This document shows positions 51,611 to 61,738 of a stretch of DNA of 64,000 nucleotides, in pieces; the first letter of the stretch is position 1; every line of letters starts with the position of its first letter. The DNA comes from Candidatus Cloacimonadales bacterium (lineage in GTDB: Bacteria > Cloacimonadota > Cloacimonadia > Cloacimonadales > JAIOQZ01), in the NCBI GenBank assembly GCA_963662655.2, contig CAXXTU010000001.1:9751-73750 (forward strand), read 5' to 3'. The notes beneath the pieces were generated by a model. That model had not been told where the DNA came from and ran no database searches. It was given only the letters and a program-made list of their open reading frames with translations. The translations under genes were made by a program, and so were the position numbers.

Positions 51611-54247
51611 CTAAATCTTCTTCTGTAATTCCATCAGATATTGCAAGGCCTCGAGCGGCGTCATCTTATCCAGCTCCAGGTCCCGCACCTCGTCCAGCAG
51701 TCCCTGTTTCTCTTCCGTTTTCTCGTACAGGATTTCGAAGATGTCTCGCTGTGGGGTCTGCGAGGCGAGCTGCTTTCTCATGCGAGCGGTAAGACCCTGC
51801 GGCGAAAGCTCGTGAGCTTCCAGATTCTCCAGGATTTGCTTTGCCCTGCGGATCACCTTGTCCGGCATTCCCGCAAGACGCGCCACCTGAATTCCATAGC
51901 TTTGGTCCGAGCCCCCGCGCTCGATCTTGCGCACAAACACCATCTCGTCGTTCCACTCTTTCACCGAGACATTGTAGTTCTTCACGCCGTCCAGTACATT
52001 TTCGAGTTCGGTCAGTTCGTGATAGTGCGTTGCAAAAAGCGTCATCGACTTCAGTCGCTTGATGTTGTGGATGTACTCCACGATCGACCACGCCAGGCTG
52101 AGCCCGTCGAAAGTGCTGGTTCCCCGGCCGATTTCATCGAGCAGTATGAGCGAGTTCGGGGTCGCGGAATTGAGGATGTTGGAGGTCTCGATCATCTCCA
52201 CCAGAAACGTGCTCTGCCCCATCGCGAGGTTATCGGAGGCCCCCACCCGCGTGAAAACCTTGTCGAAAACCGGCATGTTCGCCGACGATGCGGGGACGAA
52301 GCTTCCCATCTGAGCCATCACAGCGATTAACCCCACCTGACGGAGGTACGTTGATTTACCCGCCATGTTGGGCCCCGTGATCAGGGCAATCAAATGATCC
52401 TGATGATTCAGGCTAATGTCATTGGGAATAAAAGCCTCTCCGACGAGAAGCCTTTCCACGACCGGATGCCTGCTGTCTAAAATCTCGAGGATCCCTTCGT
52501 CGTTGAAAGCTGGCCGGCAGTAATTGTTGTGGTACGCGATCCACGCCAGATTGGTGATGAAATCGATCTCGGCGATGATCCCTACGTATTGCAGCAGCCG
52601 CGGGGTCTCTTCGAAAATCCTCGCCCGAATTTTTACAAACAGCTCATACTCGATATTCTGAATGCGCTCTTCCGCGCCCAGAACCTTCGATTCATATTCC
52701 TTCAGATCGGGCGAGATAAAACGCTGGCTGTTCACGAGTGTCTGCTTGCCAATATAATGCTCGGGGACTTTATCCAGATGCGTATTGGTCACCTCGATGT
52801 AGTATCCAAAAACCTTGTTGAATCCCACCTTTAGGCTCGGGATCCCGCTCTCTTCACGCTCTTTTTGTTCCAGGCGAGCAATCCAGCCCTTTCCGTCGCG
52901 ACTGATCTGCCGGAGCTCGTCCAACTCTTTATGATAGCCGTCACGGAATAGATTGCCGTCCGTGATCTGCACCGGCGGATTTTCCACCAGGGCATCCTCG
53001 ATCTCGCGGACGATATCCGAGTAATCTCCGATCTGCTCCACGCATTCGGTGAATATATCGTTCGAGAAACCTTCCAGCATGCTGACAAGTTGCGGCGCAG
53101 TAGAAAGATAGGACGTGAGCGTCAGCAACTCGCGCGGGTTGATCCGCTGCGTCCCCGCCTTGCTGAGGATACGGCTCAGATCACCGATCGTGTCCAGCAG
53201 TGTACGGATGTCTTCCGTGATATGGAAGAGGTCCTTACACTCGTAAACTGCGTTCAGTCTTCGCTCGATCTCCTTCCTGTGGATCAGCGGATGAAGAAGC
53301 CGCTGATGAAGCAGGCGCGCGCCCATGGGGGTTTTCGTCTGATCGAGAACACCGATCAAGCTAGCTTCCCGGGTGTTGCTACGCAGGTTCTTCACCAGTT
53401 CGAGATTTCGTCGCGACGTCTCGTCCAGTTGCATCGCTTCCTCGATCGCGTATCGACGAAGCGTTCGTATGTGGTTCAAATCGGATTTCTTGAGCGAAGT
53501 AAGATACGAGATTAGCAGTCCCGCAGCGATTGTTCCGGGATCGTTCTGGCTAGCGCCGAAACCGTCTAGCGTGGTTGTTCCGAGTTGATTCAGCAGAAGC
53601 TGATACCCCTCAGACGCATCGAAGAATGGATTATCGAAGCCCGTGAGTACCGGGTTATACGGCAACCTGAGTTCTTCCAGCGCTTGCAACAGATCATCGT
53701 CGAGTACAACGATCTCGACAGGCTGCTTGCGGAGAATTTCATCGGCAAGCTGGGTGCTGCGAAGCGTGGTGAAATGGAAATCTCCCGTTGAGATGTCAAT
53801 CAGCGCGAAACCGTAGTCCTTCTTGCGCGACCCTGTGTAAACGGCAGCGAGGAAGTTGTTTTCCTTCCCGTCGATGTACTGATCGTCCACGATCGCCCCG
53901 GGTGTGATAATCTCCACCACTTCCCGCTTGACGAGTCCCTTGGCGAGCTTGGGATCCTCCACCTGTTCGCAGATCACCACCTTCGTGCCGCTGCGAATAA
54001 GTTTATCCATGTAGCGGTCGAGTGCATGATATGGAATCCCGGCCAATGGCACCGGGCTGTCCGAGCGGCGGTCTCTGGCTGTAAGCGTTATACCAAGCAG
54101 CTTTGAAGCGAGCTTCGCGTCATCGAAAAACGTCTCGTAGAAATCGCCCATCCTGAACAGCAGCAGCTTGTCCGGGTGCATTTTCTTCACGTCCATGTAC
54201 TGCTGGAGCATGGGAGTCAGCTTCTGTTCCGTATCCTTCATCGACAT
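51611..54247 (-). CDS. mutS: DNA mismatch repair protein MutS
   Basis: 878 aa. N-terminal TPMLQQYMDVKKMHPDKLLLFRMGDFYE. Walker A GPNMAGKSTYLRQ, plus DEIGRGTSTFDG. Confidence 0.95.
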   Translation of the reverse strand: MSMKDTEQKLTPMLQQYMDVKKMHPDKLLLFRMGDFYETFFDDAKLASKLLGITLTARDRRSDSPVPLAGIPYHALDRYMDKLIRSGTKVVICEQVEDPKLAKGLVKREVVEIITPGAIVDDQYIDGKENNFLAAVYTGSRKKDYGFALIDISTGDFHFTTLRSTQLADEILRKQPVEIVVLDDDLLQALEELRLPYNPVLTGFDNPFFDASEGYQLLLNQLGTTTLDGFGASQNDPGTIAAGLLISYLTSLKKSDLNHIRTLRRYAIEEAMQLDETSRRNLELVKNLRSNTREASLIGVLDQTKTPMGARLLHQRLLHPLIHRKEIERRLNAVYECKDLFHITEDIRTLLDTIGDLSRILSKAGTQRINPRELLTLTSYLSTAPQLVSMLEGFSNDIFTECVEQIGDYSDIVREIEDALVENPPVQITDGNLFRDGYHKELDELRQISRDGKGWIARLEQKEREESGIPSLKVGFNKVFGYYIEVTNTHLDKVPEHYIGKQTLVNSQRFISPDLKEYESKVLGAEERIQNIEYELFVKIRARIFEETPRLLQYVGIIAEIDFITNLAWIAYHNNYCRPAFNDEGILEILDSRHPVVERLLVGEAFIPNDISLNHQDHLIALITGPNMAGKSTYLRQVGLIAVMAQMGSFVPASSANMPVFDKVFTRVGASDNLAMGQSTFLVEMIETSNILNSATPNSLILLDEIGRGTSTFDGLSLAWSIVEYIHNIKRLKSMTLFATHYHELTELENVLDGVKNYNVSVKEWNDEMVFVRKIERGGSDQSYGIQVARLAGMPDKVIRRAKQILENLEAHELSPQGLTARMRKQLASQTPQRDIFEILYEKTEEKQGLLDEVRDLELDKMTPLEALQYLMELQKKI

Positions 54248-54249
54248 TC

Positions 54250-55314
54250 TCAGTACCTTTGTATCAGTAGCGAATTAACCTTTTCACCGGCAAGTTTCTG
54301 TTTGGCGTCCATCGCCTCGTCACGCGTGCGATAGGGTCCGGCCGCCACGACAAAGAGCTCTTTTCCCGCAGCGACTTTGGAAAACGAAATGGCCGGATAA
54401 CCGGAAGCAATCATCTCCCGGCGATAGCGATCCGCGTTCTCCTCCGTGCTGAACGCCCCGACCTGAAGATAGAACTTCAGCACGTTGTCCGGTATCGACT
54501 CCTGCTTCGGAGTCTCTTCGTTCTTCTTCCCGGTCGAATCGAACGTACTGAACTGCGTAACATCGACATCACCCTGATTCCGGTCGTCAAGCTGATGCAG
54601 GCGATCCTCCGCCGTGTAGCAATATTGTGTGTATCGGTAGTCGCTCATGATCTTGCGGTAGGCGTTGATTGCTTGGGCATAATCCCCAAGCTTTTCGTGG
54701 CACTCTCCGATCTTCAGCCACAGAAGGGGGATATTGTTGACCTTGGTCGAATTGCGCATCGATTCCAGCGTACGGAGCGCGGAGGAGAAATCCCCCTTGT
54801 TCAGTTGTGCGGTCGCGATGGTAAACCACGACGACTCGACCATCACCGGATCCTGCGAATGGCTGATATAGACCTGTGCGGAAGATATCGCGAGGTTGTT
54901 TTTCTCCAGCCGTTCGTAAGTCTTGGCAAGCCAGTAGTCTTTCTCGATCAAATCGGACTGGGCCAATCCGGCAAGCGCGGCTTCGGCACTCGTGTAATCG
55001 CGCTCGAAAAAAGCGAGCTTGGCGATCTCGAGCAAGGCCATTTTCCCGTAATGCGTATGCGGATACGATTCGTTCAACGCCAGCAGCTTCCCTTTCTGAT
55101 CCTCACCGGCGAGCAACGCTCCGAAGTAACCGGCGCACGCCTTTTCATTCGCCTGTTCGGCAGTCTGCTTCACCAGCGCTTGCAAACGCGCGATATCGCC
55201 TTTCCGATAGGCGTCTTCGCAGTCTTCGACGATACCGGCGAAAAGACATTGCACTGTGATTAAAACAAGGCCGATTACCAGAGCGATTCTCATCGTTATA
55301 TCTTTAACTCTCAT
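54250..55314 (-). CDS. TPR-repeat protein with C-terminal SPOR (peptidoglycan-binding) domain
   Basis: Signal/TM segment MRIALVIGLVLITVQCLFAG. TPR-like repeats. The C-terminal FYLQVGAFSTEENADRYRREMIASGY...VVAAGPYRTRDEAMDAKQKL fits SPOR. Confidence 0.75.
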   Translation of the reverse strand: MRVKDITMRIALVIGLVLITVQCLFAGIVEDCEDAYRKGDIARLQALVKQTAEQANEKACAGYFGALLAGEDQKGKLLALNESYPHTHYGKMALLEIAKLAFFERDYTSAEAALAGLAQSDLIEKDYWLAKTYERLEKNNLAISSAQVYISHSQDPVMVESSWFTIATAQLNKGDFSSALRTLESMRNSTKVNNIPLLWLKIGECHEKLGDYAQAINAYRKIMSDYRYTQYCYTAEDRLHQLDDRNQGDVDVTQFSTFDSTGKKNEETPKQESIPDNVLKFYLQVGAFSTEENADRYRREMIASGYPAISFSKVAAGKELFVVAAGPYRTRDEAMDAKQKLAGEKVNSLLIQRY

Positions 55315-55324
55315 GGTTGAACTT

Positions 55325-56518
55325 CTATTTCACTTTCATTCTCACGATTGAATGTTCTCCCGGATCGGCATCGCACGGTACCTTCACGGTGGTGTTGGGC
55401 CTCGCCGAGGTCGTCGGCGTTCCATCTTCTTCAAAAATCGATTCCACTCGCAAGCTTGCATCATGGACAAAGTCAGGCGCGATAACCTCGATGGCATCTC
55501 CGGGCTCGAACTTTGATTTGCAGCTTATCTCGGCCATCCCGTCCCGGTAGCGGAGGACCTCGCCCAGATACTGGTAGTCCCTGATGTAACCAGATGTGGG
55601 ATAGTATTGTGCCCCCGTGGAGGAGAATCCGTCGAAGAAGCCTTCGTAATAGGGACGATGGCTAACCTTCCCGAGCTCTCCGGCCAATCCGGGATCGATC
55701 GCCTCTCCCCTTCTCGCCGCGTCGATCGCATTGCGGTACGCCCTGGTGACTGCCGCGACGTAATACAGGCTCTTCATGCGTCCTTCGATCTTGACGCTGG
55801 AAACACCCGCGTCAAGAATCTCGGGGATCCTGTCGATCAGGCACAAGTCACGTGAATTGAAGAAGTAGGTTCCTCGCTCGTCCTCGTTGACGGTGAATAC
55901 CTCACCTTCGCGAGAGCTCTCTACAAGGTGGTACTCCCAGCGACACGCCTGCGTGCACAATCCCTGATTGGCACTGCGGTCATTGAGAAATGCGCTTATC
56001 AGGCACCTTCCCGACCATGCGATGCACATCGCGCCGTGGACGAACATCTCGAGTTCCATCTCGGGTACACGCTTCTTGATCTCGCGAATCTCCGCCAGCG
56101 TCAATTCCCGCGCGAGGATAATCCGGCTCGCTCCGAGCTTGTGCCAGAACTCCACCGATTTCCAGGATGTCACATTCGCCTGCGTGCTGATGTGGATATT
56201 CAATCCGGCGTCACGAGCAAGCTGGAAGACTCCCGGATCGGACACGATGACCGCGTCGACTTCGATCTCTTTCAGGAATTCGAGGTAGGATGGCAGGGAG
56301 GAGACATCCTCATTGCGAGCGTAGATGTTGACCGTGACGTAGATATTCTTGCCGAGGCCATGCGTATAATGCACCGCCTGGATCAGCTCCTCGTTGCTGA
56401 GGTTGACCGCCTTGGCGCGCAAACCGAACTGACGGCCTCCCGTATAGATTGCGTCCGCACCGTATAAAAGGGCATACCGGAGCTTTTCAAGGCTGCCGGC
56501 AGGAGAGAGTAGTTCCAT
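55325..56518 (-). CDS. peptidase U32 family protein
   Basis: MELLSPAGSLEKLRYALLYGADAIYTGG... and ...VHGAMCIAWSGRCLIS... are typical U32 signatures. Confidence 0.85.
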   Translation of the reverse strand: MELLSPAGSLEKLRYALLYGADAIYTGGRQFGLRAKAVNLSNEELIQAVHYTHGLGKNIYVTVNIYARNEDVSSLPSYLEFLKEIEVDAVIVSDPGVFQLARDAGLNIHISTQANVTSWKSVEFWHKLGASRIILARELTLAEIREIKKRVPEMELEMFVHGAMCIAWSGRCLISAFLNDRSANQGLCTQACRWEYHLVESSREGEVFTVNEDERGTYFFNSRDLCLIDRIPEILDAGVSSVKIEGRMKSLYYVAAVTRAYRNAIDAARRGEAIDPGLAGELGKVSHRPYYEGFFDGFSSTGAQYYPTSGYIRDYQYLGEVLRYRDGMAEISCKSKFEPGDAIEVIAPDFVHDASLRVESIFEEDGTPTTSARPNTTVKVPCDADPGEHSIVRMKVK

Positions 56519-57777
56519 TACTGTCCCATGATATTCAGGAATTCGTCGTTGTTCTTGGATTGCAGCATTTTATTGCGCAACGTCTCGATCCCCTGGAACG
56601 GACTCATTGTCTTGAGGAATTTACGCATGACATACATGCGGTTGATCTCGTTCTGTGTTAGCAGCAGCTCTTCACGACGGGTTCCGGACTTGACGAGGTC
56701 GATAGCCGGGAACATGCGGAGGTCGCTGATGGAGCGATCGAGCACGAGTTCCATATTGCCGGTGCCCTTGAATTCCTCGAAGATCACCTGGTCCATTCGG
56801 CTTCCCGTATCGATCAGCGCGGAAGCGATGATGGTGAGCGTTCCCGATTCGAGTGTGTTACGCGCAGCGCCGAAGAATTTCTTTGGGCGGTGCAAGGCGT
56901 TCGCGTCCACACCACCGGAAAGCACCTTACCGCTGGAGGGCTGGATATTGTTGTACGCACGCGCCAGACGAGTGATGCTGTCGAGCATGATAACCACGTC
57001 CTGACCCATCTCGACCATGCGTTTGGCCTTGGCGAGAACCATCTCGGCAACCTGGATATGATTGCGTGGAGTTTCGTCGAATGTGGAAGCAACCACTTCC
57101 GAGTTCGTCGGAATCAGGGTGCGCCTCATCTCGGTGACCTCTTCTGGGCGTTCATCCACAAGGAGGACGATCACGTAGACTTCCGGATGATTGGTAAGTA
57201 TCGCGTTGGCAACATTCTGCATGAGGACGGTTTTACCTGTTCTTGGAGCTGCGACAATCAACCCACGCTGCCCTTTCCCAATGGGCGTGAAGAGGTTGAT
57301 CATGCGGGTGGATACGTTCTTGCGATCCGTCTCGAGATCGAGTTTAACCTCGGGGAAATAAGGCGTGAGCGAATCGAAATTCTTAACTTCGACCACCATA
57401 TCCGGCTTCTCGTAGTTGACCATGTCAACGCGGAGTAGCGCGTAGTATTTTTCGCCCTCTTTCGGCGAACGAACCGGACCGGAAACGATATGCCCCTTCT
57501 TGAGATTGAAGCGTCTTATCTGCGTGAGCGACACGTAAACGTCGTCGCGTCCGGGATTGTAATTGTTGTGCTGGAAACGCAGGAAGCCGTAGCCGTCGTC
57601 CATGATCTCCAAGCAGCCGTTAACGAAAGCCAGACCTTCTTGCGCGGCAAGGTTTTCAAGCACCTTGTGGATCAGCTCGTTCTTGCGAAGCGTGGTCATG
57701 GAAGGGATTTCAAGCTCGGATCCGATTTTACGCAATTCCTCCATTGTCATTGCATAAATATCTTCGGGAATGTTCAT
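56518..57777 (-). CDS. rho: transcription termination factor Rho
   Basis: 419 aa. N-terminal Rho_N-like segment MEELRKIGSELEIPSMTTLRKNELIHKVL. RNA-binding GYGFLR. Walker A AAPRTGKT. Confidence 0.95.
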   Translation of the reverse strand: MNIPEDIYAMTMEELRKIGSELEIPSMTTLRKNELIHKVLENLAAQEGLAFVNGCLEIMDDGYGFLRFQHNNYNPGRDDVYVSLTQIRRFNLKKGHIVSGPVRSPKEGEKYYALLRVDMVNYEKPDMVVEVKNFDSLTPYFPEVKLDLETDRKNVSTRMINLFTPIGKGQRGLIVAAPRTGKTVLMQNVANAILTNHPEVYVIVLLVDERPEEVTEMRRTLIPTNSEVVASTFDETPRNHIQVAEMVLAKAKRMVEMGQDVVIMLDSITRLARAYNNIQPSSGKVLSGGVDANALHRPKKFFGAARNTLESGTLTIIASALIDTGSRMDQVIFEEFKGTGNMELVLDRSISDLRMFPAIDLVKSGTRREELLLTQNEINRMYVMRKFLKTMSPFQGIETLRNKMLQSKNNDEFLNIMGQ

Positions 57778-57992
57778 AAATTCTCCTTAGTTGTGCTGGA
57801 CTCATATGATCCAACCAAAGCAAAATGATTTGCCTGCAACATGATATGTTTTCTTTTTATTCACTTCAATTGTTCTGACACTCAAGTCATTGAGTCCCTG
57901 CGAACAAAAAATGTCAAGATTTTTCGGGGAATGGGCGGAATAGGTGAAAAATCCCTTGGGAAACGGGGCGCGCGCCCCTGATGATCAAGCGG

Positions 57993-58027
57993 ATAACAAA
58001 ACCGGATCACTGAGAAAGCGATCCGGT
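57993..58027 (-). terminator. intrinsic terminator after the patatin-like gene
   Basis: Minus strand: ACCGGATC-N11-GATCCGGT (58027-58001) followed by TTTGTTAT. A second perfect GC palindrome, GGGGCGCGCGCCCC, lies at 57965-57978. Confidence 0.6.
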
Positions 58028-58033
58028 ATTCAT

Positions 58034-59089
58034 TCAGCTCCAAACAAGTTTATTCTTCTTCTCATCATCCTTATCAGGGTCTTTAAACCATTCGAAGTAA
58101 ACATTTGCGCCCTTTTCTCCTTGCTCAATGAGATTATCCTTCTCCTCGCTCGTCAAATTGAAATCTGCCGTTTTCACTTTGAGGGTGTTAACGTAAATTG
58201 TCCTATTCCAGTCGTCCCCGTGTAAATGGCTGATACCCTGAGCGTTCATGATGGACTTGACCAACGCAGTTGAGTAGTTGACAAAATTCTTGATCGGCTT
58301 CCTCTCCGTTGCCAAGCGCTTTTGGAACTGCGAGATTTCTTCTTCCGTATCCAGCCTGAGTCCCAGGGTCTGGCGGTTGTAGACGAAAGCGTCAGGATCG
58401 TCTGGGGCGATATTGTTTTTTGTGTTGACCTTCGCGTAGTATTCGGGAGTCCCCACAGCCGCTTTTCTTTCATCTTCATCGATGTATTTCAGGCGATCGA
58501 AGAGCTTGATTGGATAATTCCGCATTACACCGCCATCTGTATAGATATCCTGATATACGCCATACTTCTTTGCAGTGAAGATTAAAGGCAGCGACATGCT
58601 GAGGCGCAGGGCTTTCACGATGGGCATGTTGGGATGATTATCGAGCGAAAACACCTCGGAGAAGCATGTGCTCAGGTTCGTTGCGACGACAAACAATTCC
58701 GGCCTTCCGGAATTCACCAGGTCCTTGAACGTAGCATTCCGATTGCCAAGCACTTCCGCGATGCACTCACCGACCCATCGTTCAAAGAAGTCTCCGCTGG
58801 CCCATCCGAATTTTGCTGCGATGTTGAAGATATGCCCAACCCAGTTGATCGGGCTCCAGCTGGTCTGCATGAAATCCATGAAATCCGTGGTATACATTTT
58901 CTCTTTCAATCTGGCGGAATCGTAGCCCAAAGCAAAAAGCAGGGCGTTGATCGCACCCGCGCTTGTCCCACCCACGCGCTTGATCGCTTCGATATTGATT
59001 TCCCTCTCGAGGACTCTCATCGCCCCGACGTAGGCGATTCCCTTCACGCCACCACCTTCGAAAATAAGATTCCTGAATTGCTCAATCAT
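58034..59089 (-). CDS. patatin-like phospholipase
   Basis: GGGVKGIAYVG (oxyanion Gly-rich loop), GTSAGAI (GxSxG nucleophile) and DGG (catalytic Asp). Confidence 0.85.
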   Translation of the reverse strand: MIEQFRNLIFEGGGVKGIAYVGAMRVLEREINIEAIKRVGGTSAGAINALLFALGYDSARLKEKMYTTDFMDFMQTSWSPINWVGHIFNIAAKFGWASGDFFERWVGECIAEVLGNRNATFKDLVNSGRPELFVVATNLSTCFSEVFSLDNHPNMPIVKALRLSMSLPLIFTAKKYGVYQDIYTDGGVMRNYPIKLFDRLKYIDEDERKAAVGTPEYYAKVNTKNNIAPDDPDAFVYNRQTLGLRLDTEEEISQFQKRLATERKPIKNFVNYSTALVKSIMNAQGISHLHGDDWNRTIYVNTLKVKTADFNLTSEEKDNLIEQGEKGANVYFEWFKDPDKDDEKKNKLVWS

Positions 59090-59226
59090 GAACTCCTCCT
59101 TGTCTTTCGTTGTTGAATCGCATATAAGAAAGCCACAGAGATAGCCAACAAACGATTATTGAAGAGAACTCACTTGTCAAGAATATTAATAATAGTTTTA
59201 ACGCATGCGAATGATCGGAGCATCTT

Positions 59227-59266
59227 TTAAAAGAAAAAAGCGCTACCGCCAAACGTCAGTAGCGCT
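59227..59266 (-). terminator. intrinsic terminator after the small-ORF pair
   Basis: Minus strand: AGCGCTAC-N12-GTAGCGCT (59266-59239) followed by TTTTTTCTTTT. Confidence 0.65.
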
Positions 59267-59320
59267 AAAATCTAGATCCGGCAGAGATAACCACCTCAAC
59301 CCGGCAATGAAAAAGACAAG

Positions 59321-59467
59321 CTATTCTTCGGTGTCGTCGAGGTCCTCTGTATCTTCAGGGACGTCCCACTCTTCTTCCTCGCAAGCATCGAAGAAGTTTT
59401 TCTTGATCAAAAAGAACGCACCGGCAATCAATCCAGCAAAGAATAGGAATTTGAAGAATTTTTTCAT
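59321..59467 (-). CDS. small membrane-anchored protein with acidic tail (48 aa; below the track size cut-off)
   Basis: Hand translation: MKKFFKFLFFAGLIAGAFFLIKKNFFDACEEEEWDVPEDTEDLDDTEE. AGGAG lies 7 nt upstream of the ATG. A terminator lies 55 nt downstream. Confidence 0.5.
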   Translation of the reverse strand: MKKFFKFLFFAGLIAGAFFLIKKNFFDACEEEEWDVPEDTEDLDDTEE

Positions 59468-59481
59468 CCAAGGCTCCTGAT

Positions 59482-59622
59482 TTATCTTCTTTTTTGTTTA
59501 ACCATTTTCCCTTTGATGTTATGGATTCCATTACAACTTTCGCAAACCATGAAAAGAAAACGCACAGAAATCAGAAGAATGCTTATCTTCATGAGCGGAA
59601 CAAGTAATCCAATGATTTCCAT
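59482..59622 (-). CDS. small hydrophobic protein with basic tail (46 aa; below the track size cut-off)
   Basis: Hand translation: MEIIGLLVPLMKISILLISVRFLFMVCESCNGIHNIKGKMVKQKRR. GGAGGAAACGAG lies immediately upstream of the ATG. The stop is 14 nt before the next small ORF. Confidence 0.45.
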   Translation of the reverse strand: MEIIGLLVPLMKISILLISVRFLFMVCESCNGIHNIKGKMVKQKRR

Positions 59623-59762
59623 CTCGTTTCCTCCATTTATCGATAGAATATTCAGCCGCTTCTATTTGTAAAGTAATTTCTTGGAGAATGGATGATTTCT
59701 CTGGATTTGCTCTCATGAAAAAAGAATTGGACAAAAAAAGCCCTCTTGTTGATGAATTAAAC

Positions 59763-60509
59763 ATGAGAAGAAACACTATTTTCCTGGTAACCCTTATCCT
59801 TCTTGCCCTCAGCGGATGCAAAAAAGAGGGCGACCGGCCAGGCCCGGAAGCTGCCAACAAGCTCGTGCAGCCAGTGAAGATCGAGGCGTATGCGAAGAAC
59901 AGCCTAATCGGGCACGCACTGATCGGATACATCGACGGCAAGCTCAGCGACATTCGTTTCTACGACAGCAGCGAGAAGCTGATCCTGATGCTGATGCCTG
60001 AAATCGACAGCGCTATCAACCGAGTCAACTGGACCCTCCTTTCGAGGGGATTCACCGCGACCTACAACTACCGCGATGACGGTCTCGACAGAATCACCTT
60101 CGACGGAGACCCGATCTTCTCGATCATCCGCATCGTCGGTGACAGCATGCACAATATCAAACGCATGATCGCCGTAAAAGCCGGGAATGAGGAGTCGGAT
60201 CAGGAAGATTTCCCAACGGAATCGCTCGAGATCGAGAACGAATTCATTTCGGGGAATCGCATCACCGCCTCAGCGATTTTCAGAATCGACGACTATGACG
60301 CCCCCGCAGGATATCTGATCTACCATTACAACGATTTGGGCAACCTTCACGCGATCGAATATAAAAATCCGCTCATGAAGAAGCACGACGAATACAAGAT
60401 ATTGTTCAAATACTCCGGTATCGGAGAGACGGACCGCGACAAGATGCAGCAAATCGAGAGAACGATGCTCCTTCCGACACCCGTTATCTTTGAATGGATT
60501 CTGGATTGA
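59763..60509 (+). CDS. hypothetical lipoprotein
   Basis: MRRNTIFLVTLILLALSGCKKE (lipobox LSGC). Start trimmed from the track's 59688 to ATG 59763. Confidence 0.6.
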   Translation: MRRNTIFLVTLILLALSGCKKEGDRPGPEAANKLVQPVKIEAYAKNSLIGHALIGYIDGKLSDIRFYDSSEKLILMLMPEIDSAINRVNWTLLSRGFTATYNYRDDGLDRITFDGDPIFSIIRIVGDSMHNIKRMIAVKAGNEESDQEDFPTESLEIENEFISGNRITASAIFRIDDYDAPAGYLIYHYNDLGNLHAIEYKNPLMKKHDEYKILFKYSGIGETDRDKMQQIERTMLLPTPVIFEWILD

Positions 60510-60918
60510 TCGGCTTTTTACCAAGCCTGTCCCAGCGCATTTCGAACGCCTTCACAACAACATAAGCCAATAGCGCGAACACGAAGAATATCAAGAGCAG
60601 CCAGGCAATCCCCGAAAGGGAACCGATCACCGTGCGATACACCTCCAGAAACAACCGCGAGTAGTTCAGCGGAATGACCTTGCTGTTTTCCAGGTACTGC
60701 GATGGGTTGATGTATTGCTCGATGCTGTTGATCCGCACGCCAGCGGATATCCCCACGATATAAATCGCGAACTTGATGTAGCGCAGCCAGGCCGTGTAGA
60801 TATCCTCGTTGATCAGCCGTTGCAGGATCATGCGAAGCGGCTTGCTGAAGATCAGTACGCAGACGTTGCATACGACGATCGAAATCAGAAACGTCATCAG
60901 TAGCAGGGAAAAGAACAT
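60484..60918 (-). CDS. hypothetical membrane protein (144 aa)
   Basis: Three predicted hydrophobic helices. The 3' end overlaps the convergent lipoprotein gene by 26 nt. No family recognised. Confidence 0.5.
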   Translation of the reverse strand: MFFSLLLMTFLISIVVCNVCVLIFSKPLRMILQRLINEDIYTAWLRYIKFAIYIVGISAGVRINSIEQYINPSQYLENSKVIPLNYSRLFLEVYRTVIGSLSGIAWLLLIFFVFALLAYVVVKAFEMRWDRLGKKPINPESIQR

Positions 60919-60971
60919 GCGTCCTCCCCGTTAAACGGTTTCAGAACTAGAGAATATGCTTTCGACGCTTT

Positions 60972-61736
60972 CTACCAACTTCCACTGGAGCCACCGCCGC
61001 CAAAGCCGCCGCCGCCACCGAAGAAACCGCCGCCACCGCCGAAGCCGCTTCCACCACCGAATCCACCGCGGGACGAACCGCCGGAACGTCCACCGCTCAG
61101 GAGCAGCAACCACAGGAGGCCGCTACCGCGCCGCCCTCTTCTCAATCCGCCGAACAGAATGAAAAGAACGAACACAATCATTCCTACCGGTATGTGGGTT
61201 ACTCTTTTTCTGGATGCAGTTTTCTGGGTCTTTTGAAGCTCTTCCGGGCTGATCTGGAATTCCTTGGTGATCAGGCCCTCGAGCTGCGTTGTGGCGTTGC
61301 TCAGCCCTTCGTAGTAATTTCCTTTGCGAAAGCTGGGTATAAGGGTTTTTCGTATGATGTAATCGCTTTTCAGATCCGTGATAACGCCCTCGAGCCCGTA
61401 ACCGACCTCGATGCGAACCTTTCTGTCGTCCCTCGACACAACGATCAGGACGCCGTTGTCGTCTTTCTGGGTCCCAAGTTTCCACTTGTCTGCGACTCGT
61501 ATGGAGTAGCTCTCAATCGGCTCTCCGTGCAGCGATTTCACCGTAAGGATTGCGACCTGTGCCGATGTCTTTGCCTGGATATCGCGCAATTTCTGTTCGA
61601 GCTGCCTCTCTTGCGTCGAGGACATGATATCCGCCTGGTCGTTCACCGCGTAACCGCTCTGTTTGGGAACATCCAGAGCGAACAGAGGAACGAGGAATAT
61701 AATGATCAGCGCTGTGGTGATGATTTTATTCGTCAT
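60972..61736 (-). CDS. TPM-domain protein (YgcG-like) with Gly-rich C-terminal tail
   Basis: VNDQADIMSSTQERQLEQKLRDIQAKTSAQVAILTV...NGVLIVVSRDDRKVRIEVGYGLEGVITD. TM helix. Tail GGFGGGSGFGGGGGFFGGGGGFGGGG. Confidence 0.8.
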   Translation of the reverse strand: MTNKIITTALIIIFLVPLFALDVPKQSGYAVNDQADIMSSTQERQLEQKLRDIQAKTSAQVAILTVKSLHGEPIESYSIRVADKWKLGTQKDDNGVLIVVSRDDRKVRIEVGYGLEGVITDLKSDYIIRKTLIPSFRKGNYYEGLSNATTQLEGLITKEFQISPEELQKTQKTASRKRVTHIPVGMIVFVLFILFGGLRRGRRGSGLLWLLLLSGGRSGGSSRGGFGGGSGFGGGGGFFGGGGGFGGGGSSGSW

Positions 61737-61738
61737 GA

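Noticed and set aside
58034-59089. Patatin-like phospholipase as a CBASS/defence effector.
   Set aside because: There is no adjacent cyclase/nucleotidyltransferase, sensor or other defence-type partner. The neighbours are rho and small membrane ORFs. It is treated as a stand-alone lipase.
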